DNA of 64,000 bases, taken from contig OZ024743.1 in NCBI GenBank assembly GCA_964016885.1, positions 101,370,001 to 101,434,000 of the forward strand, in the 5' to 3' direction. The notes under the pieces are model-generated. The model was not told the origin of the DNA. It saw only the letters and a list, made by a program, of their open reading frames with translations, and ran no database searches. Made by a program: the position numbers and the translations under genes. Positions 54,001-64,000 of the stretch are shown piece after piece. The number at the start of each line of letters is the position of its first letter. Within the stretch, counting starts at the first letter, position 1. Source of the stretch: Eledone cirrhosa (Eukaryota).

Positions 54001-57000
54001 CTGCATCAGTTGTTACCTGTCGAGACACTGCTCCTTTAAAACCTCCATGGAACAAACTACCTGCATCAGTTGTTAGCTGTTGTGACACTGCATCCTTTAA
54101 AACCGCCATGGAACCAACTACCTGCATCAGTTGTTACCTGTCGAGACACTGCTCCTTTAAAACCTCCATGGAACAAACTACCTGCATCAGTTGTTAGCTG
54201 TCGAGACACTGCATCCTTTAAAACCACAATGGAACAAACTACCTGCATCAGTTGTTAGCTGTTGTGACACTGCATCCTTTAAAACCGCCATGGAACCAAC
54301 TACCTGCATCAGTTGTTACCTGTCGAGACACTGCTCCTTTAACACCTCCATGGAAGAAACTACCTGCATCAGTTGTTAGCTGTCGGCACGCTGCATCCTT
54401 TAAAACCACCATGGAAGAAACTACCTGCATCAGTTGTAAGCTGTCAGGATGCTCCATCCTTTAAAACCTCCATGGAACAAACTACCTCCATCAGTTCTTA
54501 GCTGTTGATACACTGCATACTTTAAAACCACCATCGAACAAACTACCTGCATCAGTTGTTAGCTGTCGAGACACTGCATCCTTTAAAACCTTCATGGAAC
54601 AACTACCTGCATCTGCTGTTAGCTGTCGGGTTGTTGCATCCTTTAAAACCACCATGGCACAAACTACCCGCATCAGTTGTTAGCTGTTGAGAAACTGCAT
54701 CCTTTAAAACCTCCATGGAATCAACTACCTGTATCTGTTGTTAGCTGTCGAGACACTGCATCCTTTAAAATCTCCATGGATCAAACTACCTGCATCAGTT
54801 GTTAGCTGTTGACACACTGCATCCTTTAAAACCACCATGGAATAGACTACCTGTCTCAGTTGTTACCTGTTGAGATACTGCATACTTTAAAACCTCCATG
54901 GATCAAACTACCTGTATCAGTTGTTATCTGTTGGGACACTGCATCCTTTAAAACCTCCGTGAAACAAACTATCTGTATCAGACGTTAACTGTTGAGACAC
55001 TGCATCCTTTAAAACCACCATGGAAAAAACTACCTGCACCAGTTGTTAGCTGTCGAGACTCTGCATCCTTTAAAACCTCCATGGAACAAACTACCTGCAT
55101 CAGTTGTTAGCTGTCGAGACACTGCATACTTAAAACCTCCATGGAACAAACTACCTGCATCAGTTGTTATGTGTCTAGACACTGCATCCTTAAAATCTCC
55201 ATGGAACAAACTACCTGCATCTGTTGTTAGCTGTCGAGACACTGCATCCCTTAAAACCACCATGTAACAAACTACTTGCATCAGTTGTTAGCTGTTGAGA
55301 CACTGCATCCTTTAAAACCTCCGTGAAACAAACTGTCTGTATCAGACGTTAGCTGTTGAGACACTGCATCCTTTAAAACCACCATGGAAAAAACTACCTG
55401 CAACAGTTGTTAGCTGTCGAGACCCTGCATCCTTTAAAACTACAATGGAACAAACTACCTGCATCAGTTGTAAGCTGTTGTGACACTGCATCCTTTAAAA
55501 CCACCATGGAACCAACTACCTGCATCAGTTGTTACCTGTCGTCACACCGCTCCTTTAAAACCTCCATGGAACAAACTACCTGCATCAGTTGTTAGCTGTC
55601 GGGACGCTTAATCCTTTAAAACCACCATGGAAGAAACTACCTGCATCAGTTTTAAGCTGTCAGGATGCTCCATCCTTTAAAACCTCCATGGAAGAAACTA
55701 CCTACATCAGTTCTTAGCTGTTGACACACTGCATCCTTTAAAACCACCATGGAACAAACTACGTGCATCAGTTGTTAGCTGTCGAGTCCCTGCATTCTTT
55801 AAAACCTCCATGGAATCAACCACCTGTATCAGTTGTTAGCTGTCGAGACACTGCATGCTTTAAAACTTCCATGGATCAAACTACTTGTATCAGTTGTTAG
55901 CTGTTGGGACACTGCATCCCTTAAAACCTCCATGAAACAAACTATCTGTATCAGTCGTTAGCTGTTGAGACACTGCATCCTTTAAAACCACCATGGAACA
56001 AACTACCTGCATCAGTTGTTAGCTGTCGAGACTCTGCATCCTTTAAAACCTCCATGGAACAAACTACCTGCATCAGTTGTTAGCTGTCGAGACACTGCAT
56101 ACTTAAAACCTCCATGGAACAAACTACCTGCATCAGTTGTTATGTGTCTAGACACTGCATCCTTAAAACCTCCATGGAACAAACTACCTGCATCTGTTGT
56201 TAGCTGTCGAGACACTGCATCCCTTAAAACCACCATGTAACAAACTACTTGCATCAGTTGTTAGCTGTTGAGACACTGCACCCTTAAAACCTCCATGGAA
56301 CAAACTACCTGCATCAGTTGTTAGCTGTCGAATCACTGCATCCTTTAAAACCACCATGGAACAAACTACCTGCATCAGTTCTTAGCTGTCGCGATGCTGC
56401 ATCCTTTTAAACCACCATGGAAGAAACTACCTGCATCAGTTGTAAGCTGTCAGGAAGCTCCATCCTTTAAAACCTCCATGGAATCAACCCCCTGTATCAG
56501 TTGTTAGCTGTCGAGACCCTGCATTCTTTAAAACCTCCATGGAACAAACTACCTGTATCAGTTGTTATCTGTTGGCACACTGCATCCTTTAAAACCTCCA
56601 TGAAACAAACTATCCGTATCAGTTGTTAGCTGTTGAGACACTGCATCCTTTAAAACCACCATGGAACAAACTACCTGCATCAGTTGTTATCTGTCGAGAC
56701 CCTGCATTCTTTAAAACCTCCATGTAACAAACTACCTGCATCAGTTGTTAGCTGTCGAGACCCTGCATCCTTTAAAACCTCCATGGAACAAACTACCTGC
56801 ATCAGTTGTTAGCTGTCGAGACCCTGCATCCTTTAAAACGTCCATGGAACAAACTGTAGCGGTTGTCTCCCTTGTTTGGATTAACATCTGGACGGGAAGT
56901 GGAACCCTTTCTGTAACTTCCGGCAGAGCCCTATAATACGAACAACTTTAAGTTCTCACTCTCTCATTGCCCTTTCGTCACCAGGCCAAGAGCCTCTCAT

Positions 57001-57211
57001 TTGCCTTCCGGCGCCTGGCCTTAGCCAGGCGTCCTCTGCCAGCCGCGTTTGCCTGGCAATCAAAACGGTAACGACTAACTTTGTTTCATTCTATCATCTA
57101 TTTCTTTGACATTTCAACTATACTATCTACCATTGTTAATTAAATATTATACACACAAACCATGCCTCGTTTTGTTACCTTCATGCAACCCAGTCGTATC
57201 ATTGCTATAAG

Positions 57212-57223
57212 TGGTCACCCCGA
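57212..57223 (+). other. Primer binding site, tRNA-Trp-like
   Basis: TGGTCACCCCGA, 2 nt after the LTR end; one mismatch to the recalled tRNA-Trp PBS TGGTGACCCCGA. Confidence 0.65.
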
Positions 57224-58042
57224 AAAAAGAAAAAGATAGCAGATTCTGGAGTTGTGTGGGTAACATTGCGAATACACAGCAAATTTATCGACAAACTATG
57301 AAAATACTCAAAGAAACGGTAACACGCACATGTGGAATTCGCGTTCAGACAGACTTTTTCTCTCACGCATCAACTAACTGTCACATTTCACGATATATAT
57401 TCTCGTTTCTTACAACGAACACTTTCAAAACAAAAATAAAATAAAAAACATTTCACGATATATATATATGTTTCTCGTTTCTTACAACGAACTCTTTCAA
57501 AACAAAAAAAAAAAAGAAATTTGATATTCTTTAAAAAACATTTCAACAGGAACATTTATTTTCGATGAACCATTGCCTTTTTTTTCATCGTTTTCTTCAT
57601 CGTTCAAGTTTTTTTTCCAAAGTTCACACCAATAATTATGCTGAGTGAAGCCTTTCTTTTTCATCATTGTCACTTTCTCGCGCGTTAGAAATATTATTTT
57701 TTCAACCTTGTATTGGCACGTGTAGGCAGCACAAATTCTCGACTCACAGAGATAGCCGCACGCCAGAGATAACGTTTCTCGCCAAGGATTCTTCAGCCTT
57801 AAGCTATATTCTCCTATTTGCCGGTTTAAAAATTTACTACGTAAATTTGCCGTTGAAAACTGCGCATTTATTCAGAATGCTTATTTCTTTGGTCGCTGGC
57901 CTCTTGACCCTTCCAGGTCAACGCATTCTCAACATCGACCATCAACTTCGGCTGCTATTTCTAGCACTTTGCGCAACTCATTTTTTCTGAAAAAAATTTT
58001 TTTCACTGTGAATTTAAACACCGAATACGCTCACTCAGCGAG

Positions 58043-58270
58043 ACAACAGCAGCAGCAACAGCAACAGCAATATAACAGCAACAGCAGCAGCAACAGCAAC
58101 AGCAATATAACAGCAACAGCAATACAGCAGCAACAGCAATACAGCAGCAACAGTAGCAGCAACACCAACAGCAGCAGCAACAGCAACAGCAATATAACAG
58201 CAACAGCAATACAGCAGCAACAGCAATACAGCAGCAGCAGCAGCAACAGCAACAGCAATACATCAACACA
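58043..58270. repeat. (CAG/CAA) compound trinucleotide tract within the LTR element
   Basis: CAGCAGCAACAGCAAC runs with internal block duplication. Confidence 0.9.
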
Positions 58271-58748
58271 GCTTCACCAACAACCAAAGCCAGAGAATTT
58301 ATTTTTGCAGCACTCTTCCTGTGAGAAAATCCATTCGGAGGTTGTAAATTTCACGATATACCACAGAACAGAAACCACCTGCATTCATTCTCTGGAACAC
58401 ACTTTCTTTCCTGCTGTCATGTGATTACACACCTGTGAACTATATTTTGTACATTTGAACTTTGAGCCCTTCTCTTACTTTATTACATTGTATCTTTGGG
58501 TGATGGATAGATAGTCGTTCTCTGGCCAAGAGCGGTTGGCTACCTTGATATCTATCATTGATTTTTGCAAATATTCTTTTGTCGTAATTTTCATGCCTGT
58601 TACAACATTCTCGCCAACTTGCTACATATTTTCATTCGATTTTTATATCCTAAAATTCTGGCGGGAGGTTATGTAGCGGTTGTCTCCCTTGTTTGGATTA
58701 ACATCTGGACGGGAAGTGGAACCCTTTCTGTAACTTCCGGCAGAGCCC

Positions 58749-58755
58749 TATAAAA
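58749..58755 (+). promoter_or_regulatory. LTR TATA box (TATAAAA; TATAATA in the 5' LTR at 56932)
   Basis: About 78 nt into the LTR; ATTAAA poly(A)-like signal lies about 285 nt into the LTR. Confidence 0.45.
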
Positions 58756-60872
58756 CGAACAACTTTAAGTTCTCACTCTCTCATTGCCCTTTCGGCACCA
58801 GGCCAAGAGCCTCTCATTTGCCTTCCGGCGCCTGGCCTTAGCCAGGCGTCCTCTGCCAGCCGCGTTTGCCTGGCAATCAAAACGGTAACGACTAACTTTG
58901 TTTCATTCTATCATCTATTTCTTTGACATTTCAACTATACTATCTACCATTGTTAATTAAACATTATCTACACAACCCAATGTATTCCTGCGTTACATTC
59001 ATATAGCGAAGATACTGGGTTGTATGAATGTAACGCAGGAATACATTGGGTTGTGTAGATAATGTTTAATTAACAATGGTAGATAGTATAGTTGAAATGT
59101 CAAAGAAATAGATGATAGAATGAAACAAAGTTAGTCGTTACCGTTTTGATTGCCAGGCAAACGCGGCTGGCAGAGGACGCCTGGCTAAGGCCAGGCGCCG
59201 GAAGGCAAATGAGAGGCTCTTGGCCTGGTGCCGAAAGGGCAATGAGAGAGTGAGAACTTAAAGTTGTTCGTTTTATAGGGCTCTGCCGGAAGTTACAGAA
59301 AGGGTTCCACTTCCCGTCCAGATGTTAATCCAAACAAGGGAGACAACCGCTACAAAACTACCTGCATCAGTTGTTAGCTGTCGAGACACTGCATCCTTTA
59401 AAACCTCCATGGAATAGACTACCTGTATCAGTTGTTACCTGCCGAGACACTGCATTCTTTAAAACCTCCATGGATCAAACTACCTGTATCAGTTGTTATC
59501 TGTTGGGACACTGCATCCTTTAAAACCTCCATGAAACAAACTATCTGTATCAGTTGTTAGCTGTTGAGACACTGCATCCTTTAAAACCACCATGGAACAA
59601 ACTACCTGTATCAGTTGTTAGCTCTCGAGACACTGCATACTTAAAACCTCCATGGAACAAACTACCTGCATCAGTTGTTAGCTGTCGAGACACTGCATCC
59701 TTTAAAACCACCATGGAAGAAACTACCTGCATCAGTTGTAAGCTGTCAGGATGCTCCATCCTTTAAAACCTCCATGGAACAAAGTACCTGCATCAATTGT
59801 TAGCTGTTGAGACACTGCATCCTTAAAACCTCCATGGAACAAACTACCTGCATCAGTTGTTAGCTGTCGAGACACTGCATCCTTTAAAACCACCATGGAA
59901 CACACTACCTGCATCAGTTGTTAGCTGTCGAGACCCTGCATCCTTTAAAACCACCATGGAAGAAACTACCTGCATCAGTTGTAAGCTGTCAGGATGCTCC
60001 ATCCTTTAAAACCTCCATGGAACAAAGTACCTGCATCAGTTGTTAGCTGTTGTGACACTGCATCCTTTAAAACCACCATGGCACAAACTACCTGCATCAG
60101 TTGTTAGCTGTTGAGACACTGCATCCTTTAAAACTTCCATGGAATCAACTACCTGTATCAGTTGTTAGCTGTCGAGACACTGCATCCTTTAAAACCACCA
60201 TGGAAGAAACTACCTGCATCAGTTGTTAGCTGTCGAGACCCTGCATCCTTTAAAACCGCCATGGAAGAAACTACCTGCATCAGTTGTTAGCTGTCGAGAC
60301 CCTGCATCCTTTAAAACCGCCATGAAACAAACTATCCGTATCAGTTGTTAGCTGTCGAGACCCTGCATCCTTTAAAACCTCCATGGAACAAACTACCTGC
60401 ATCAGTTGTTAGCTGTCGAGACCCTGCATCCTTTAAAACCTCCATGGAACAAACTACCTGCATCAGTTGTTAGCTGTCGAGACCCTGCATCCTTTAAAAC
60501 CTCCATGGAACAAACTACCTGCATCAGCTGTAATGTGTCGAGACACTGCATCTTTTAAAACTACCATGAAACAAACTACCTGCATCTGCTGTTAGCTGTC
60601 CAGACACTGCATCCTTTAAAACCTCCATGGAACAAACTACCTGCATCTGTTGTTAGCTGTCGAGACACTGCATCCTTTAAAACCACCATGTAACAAACTA
60701 CCTGCATCAGTCGTTAGCTGTCGAGACACTGCATCTTTTAAAACCACCATGGAACAAAGTACCTGCATCAATTGTTAGCTGTTGACACACTGCATCCTTT
60801 AAAACCACCCTGGAACAAACTACCTGCATCTGCTGTTAGCTGTCCAGACACTGTATCCTTTAAAACCTCCAT

Positions 60873-61030
60873 ACTTCCTGAAATCTCCAACACTACATAT
60901 TCCCCCTCCATACACATACACACATGTATATCATGACTCATACACTGTTCACTTTCCTGACATACATGCACCTTTGATGAGTTGTAGTGCACCTGAGCAC
61001 TGTACATAATAATTTCATTTTTATTATTTT
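60873..61030 (+). mobile_element. CR1-like LINE ORF2 end, 3' UTR and tail, resuming after the satellite
   Basis: ACTTCCTGAAATCTCCAACACTACA...TATCATGACTCA...TGATGAGTTGTAGTGCACCTGAGCACTGTAC..TTTCATTTTTATTAT, collinear with 11360-11545. Confidence 0.88.
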
Positions 61031-61154
61031 TTTATGACCACATTTCTAATGAAATACACTCAATTAATTAATGAAGAATTTTGAAGGATTTACTAAAATT
61101 ATTAATTGTTTCATTAGTAAGATAGTAACTTAATGTGGTGAACACAATCAATGT

Positions 61155-61305
61155 TTTCCTCTGTCTCTCTTTCACTGTCTGCCAGTCTCCCTCTCTCTCC
61201 CTCTCTCTCTCTCACTGTCTGCAGTCTCCCTCTCTCTGTCACTGTCTGCCAGTCTCCCTCTCTCTGTCTCCCTCTGTGTGTGCGTGTCTCTCTGTCTCTC
61301 TCCAC

Positions 61306-61351
<46 letters not shown>

Positions 61352-61469
61352 ACATATAACTCTCCCACTACATCCAACATACTCTCTTTCCCTCTCTCTC
61401 TCTCTCTTTACCATCTAACTCTCTCTTTCACTCCATCTCTCTCTCACATTTACCTCTCTCTCTCTCTTT

Positions 61470-61515
<46 letters not shown>

Positions 61516-61540
61516 ATCATCTAACTCTCTCTCTCTCTTT
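61155..61540. repeat. (CT)n polypyrimidine microsatellite
   Basis: Long CT-rich tract. Confidence 0.9.
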
Positions 61541-61547
61541 ATTTCAG

Positions 61548-61612
61548 ATCTGATATGTTTCAACAGTTCCTTTCGTATGATGACATCCGAATATGTTCGC
61601 TACCGTTGTGAG
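61548..61612 (+). CDS. Candidate exon of an unidentified gene (DLICFNSSFRMMTSEYVRYRCE, or terminal SDMFQQFLSYDDIRICSLPL*)
   Basis: Strong acceptor tttatttcag after the pyrimidine tract, donor GAG|gtaatc, non-repetitive composition; product not recognised. Confidence 0.45.
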
Positions 61613-61699
61613 GTAATCCAGCCCTGACAATGACTGTGGCGATGACAGCGATGATAATGATGATAACAGCAATGACAGCCATGTAGGACACGGGCCTTA

Positions 61700-62425
61700 A
61701 TAAGACACAGAGCCACCTAGGGTACAGATCTCAGTGAGATACCCAGCTACCTAGGATACAGAACTTAGAGAGACACAGAACCACCTAGGGTACATAACTT
61801 AGAGAGGCACAGAGCCACCTAGGGTACAGAACTTAGAGAGACACAGAGCCACCTAGGGTACAGATCTCAGTGAGATACCCAGCCACCTAGGGTACAGACT
61901 TTAGAGGGACACAGAGTTACCTAGGGTACAGAACTTAGAGAAACACAGAGCTACCTAGGGTACAGACCTCAGAGAGACACAGAGCCACCTAGGGTACAGA
62001 CCTTAGAGAGACACAGAGCCACCTAGGGGACATCCTGACACAGATCCGCCTAGGGTACAGACCTCAGAGAGACACAGAGCCACCTAGGGAACAGACCTCA
62101 GGGAGACACAGAGTCACCCAGGGGACAGATCTCAGTGAGATACACAGCTACCTAGGGTACAGACCTTAGAGAGACACAGAGCCACCTAGGGTAGTACAGA
62201 CCTTAGAGAGACACAGAGCCACCTAGGGTACAGACCTTAGAGAGACACAGAGCCACCTAGAGTACATACCTCAGGGAGACATAGAGCCACCTAGGGTACA
62301 GAACTTAGAGAGACACAGAGCCAACTAGGGTACAGACTTTAGAGAGACACAGAGCCACCTAGGGTACAGACCTCAGGGAGACATAGAGCCACCTAGGGTA
62401 CAGAGAGACAGACAACCAGCTAGAG
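61700..62425. repeat. 34-bp minisatellite, about 21 copies
   Basis: Unit AGAGCCACCTAGGGTACAGACCTTAGAGAGACAC. Confidence 0.93.
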
Positions 62426-62584
62426 TACAGACATCAGATTGGTACATTACTGAACCTTAAAGTATCACAGTTTTATACAGGGCTGGTGCTACCATTAAGG
62501 CCAACTAGGGTACATTGCAGAACCTTAAGGACATACTTAGTTCCTCTACAACAATATAATATACACATTACCTAGTCTGGTATT

Positions 62585-62850
62585 ATGAAGGCCCTGAACA
62601 AGGATGTTAAAGCTACACATAATACACAGTGGTGTTAGGAAGGCTCAGAACAAGGAGGATGTTAAAAGCTACACTTAATACACAGTGTTGTTAGGAAGGC
62701 CCAGAACAAGGATATCAAAATCTACACTTAGTATACAGTGGTGTTAGGAAGGCCCAGAACAAGGATGTTAAAATCTACACTCAGTACATAGTAATGTTAG
62801 GAAGGCCCTGAACAAGGATATCCAAATCTACACTTAGTACACAGTGGTGG
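62585..62850. repeat. About 53-bp tandem repeat, about 5 copies
   Basis: Unit AGGAAGGCCCAGAACAAGGATGTTAAAATCTACACTTAGTACACAGTGGTGTT. Confidence 0.88.
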
Positions 62851-63390
62851 TGCAGGCAGGTATGACCCCATAACTCATTATAAAACCTGGCAGAGTACAT
62901 CTCCTCTCCAGGTCTGAATAAAACAGACAGAGTGTGAGAAAGAGATATAGAGGAAGAATTAACCCCTAGTATTTGACTGGTACTTTATTATCAACCCCGA
63001 ATGGAAGAAAAGTAGAGTTGAACTCAGATTAAAGAACTGGAAAAAATACTATAAAGAATTCTATCTGATGTTCTAACAACTTTACCAAATTACCTTATGT
63101 ATATATATTTGTCTCTAGAGATAAGAAAATAAACTGAAGAAGTTTAGTATGAACATACTTAGAGTATCTCCTGACCAGGATTGAACCCCAGACCAGAACC
63201 TCCACCATCTCTGGTATCTCACCAGACCACCATGAAGGCTAAAAGAATCTACTGAAATTTAATACTTATAAACCTACTTTCAAAATAGAAATAAAAATGA
63301 TGTGGTGTTGGTTATACCTTTCTTAAGGTATTTGGTTTAAAAGTTAGTTAAACCTAAAATTTCAATATTCAAATAATTATTGAATAGATA

Positions 63391-63980
63391 CACGCTGTTC
63401 TCAACGACATATTGAGAAGAAGCCTGGACGCAGCTGGCTTCCCATCACAACTGGGGCCAACAGGCCCCGGAGATGGCAAGCGCCCCGACGGAATCACTCT
63501 CTTCCCATTCGAAGGAGGTAGGTCCCTCATCTGGGACACCATCAGCTACGATACAATCTCCGCCTCCAACTTCGTTTCCAAGTCGTTTCGGCCACAAACC
63601 CCGGCATCGCAGCCCGCCTCGCAGAAGAACGCAAAATAAACAAATACCGAGGATTGTCCGGCCACTTGCTCTCTGCACCAGTCAACGTCGAGACCCCAGG
63701 AGTACTTGGACCCCATACTGCCGAGCTCCTCCGCAAGATCGGAGCGTCAGCGGCCCGTCTGAGGAGGGAACCTCGCAAGTTTGGGTGGATGTTGCATTGG
63801 GTATCACTGGCCATCGTCCGCGAGAGTACTTTTGCCGTCTTGTCCGTGGGGCGCAGCTCTTCTGCCCTTTTGCCCTAGACTCAAAGCTCAACCACCCTCC
63901 CCTTTCTTCTGCGACACCGGAGCTCTTTCCATCCCCTCTCCTTCCCGTACTTTTTCTTCTTTCTTTCTCTCTTCGATTTA
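63391..63980 (+). mobile_element. CRE-clade LINE 3' end (diverged family)
   Basis: HAVLNDILRRSL...DGKRPDGITLFPF.GGRSLIWDT; PVNVETPGVLG...VSLAIVRES. Confidence 0.85.
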
Positions 63981-64000
63981 ATCAACTTTCCCCTCCCCCA

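Larger units (their letters stand above)
56855..59354 (+). mobile_element. Non-autonomous LTR element with an extra inverted terminal LTR; 4-bp TSD AAAC
   Basis: AAAC|TGTAGCGG...CCGCTACA|AAAC; 5' LTR 56855-57209; PBS-like 57212-57223; PPT 58660-58668; 3' LTR 58672-59003 (truncated); inverted full LTR 59002-59354; no pol motifs in the internal region. Confidence 0.9.
24082..60872. repeat. 61-bp satellite array (about 560 monomers, some 60-bp variants) with higher-order duplications
   Basis: Consensus CATGGAACAAACTACCTGCATCAGTTGTTAGCTGTCGAGACACTGCATCCTTTAAAACCTC; head-to-tail and in one orientation; interrupted only at 56855-59354. Confidence 0.99.

Noticed and set aside
57969-58424. Poly-Q/Ser-Asn ORF in the LTR element
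   Set aside because: Open only because of trinucleotide repeats; non-ATG start and no gag/pol motifs.
56855-59354. DIRS element or simple Ginger/MITE
   Set aside because: The 4-bp TSD and TG..CA ends exclude DIRS. The PBS, PPT and internal direct LTR show retroelement origin rather than a plain TIR element.
24082-60872. Dozens of 60-100-aa ORFs (MLAVETLHPLKPPWNKLPASVV...)
   Set aside because: By-products of 61/60-bp periodicity; frames shift every unit and hit stops. Not a repetitive protein gene.
24082-60872. CRISPR-like array or hammerhead-containing satellite
   Set aside because: No unique spacers, no cas genes and a eukaryotic context. The minus-strand CTGATGC lacks the CUGANGA/GAAA core.
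61114-61545. RE/SL-rich ORFs
   Set aside because: CT microsatellite; only 61548-61612 is exon-like.

Overview
Repeat-dense eukaryotic (animal) genomic DNA. The SINE and RTE repertoire looks cephalopod/octopus-like, which is an inference. From 1-24 kb the window holds nested degenerate mobile elements: Gypsy pol plus 3' LTR abutting a Penelope-like element, RTE LINEs with a PHD-like finger, CRE-clade and CR1-like LINE ends, piggyBac-type MITEs, a Helitron end, SINEs and several Penelope-type hammerhead ribozyme motifs. These surround three minus-strand exons of COG7. From 24.1-60.9 kb lies an array of about 560 copies of a 61-bp satellite with multi-kb higher-order duplications. Its monomer is a piece of CR1 ORF2 C-terminal coding sequence, and the array sits inside one CR1 copy (ORF2 on the left, 3' UTR and tail on the right). 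At 56855-59354 the array is interrupted by a 2.5-kb non-coding LTR element with an unusual layout: 5'LTR-PBS-internal-PPT-3'LTR followed by an inverted LTR. A 4-bp AAAC duplication flanks the whole unit, so both integrated ends are U3 (TG) ends. The last 3 kb contain minisatellites, candidate exons and another CRE fragment.
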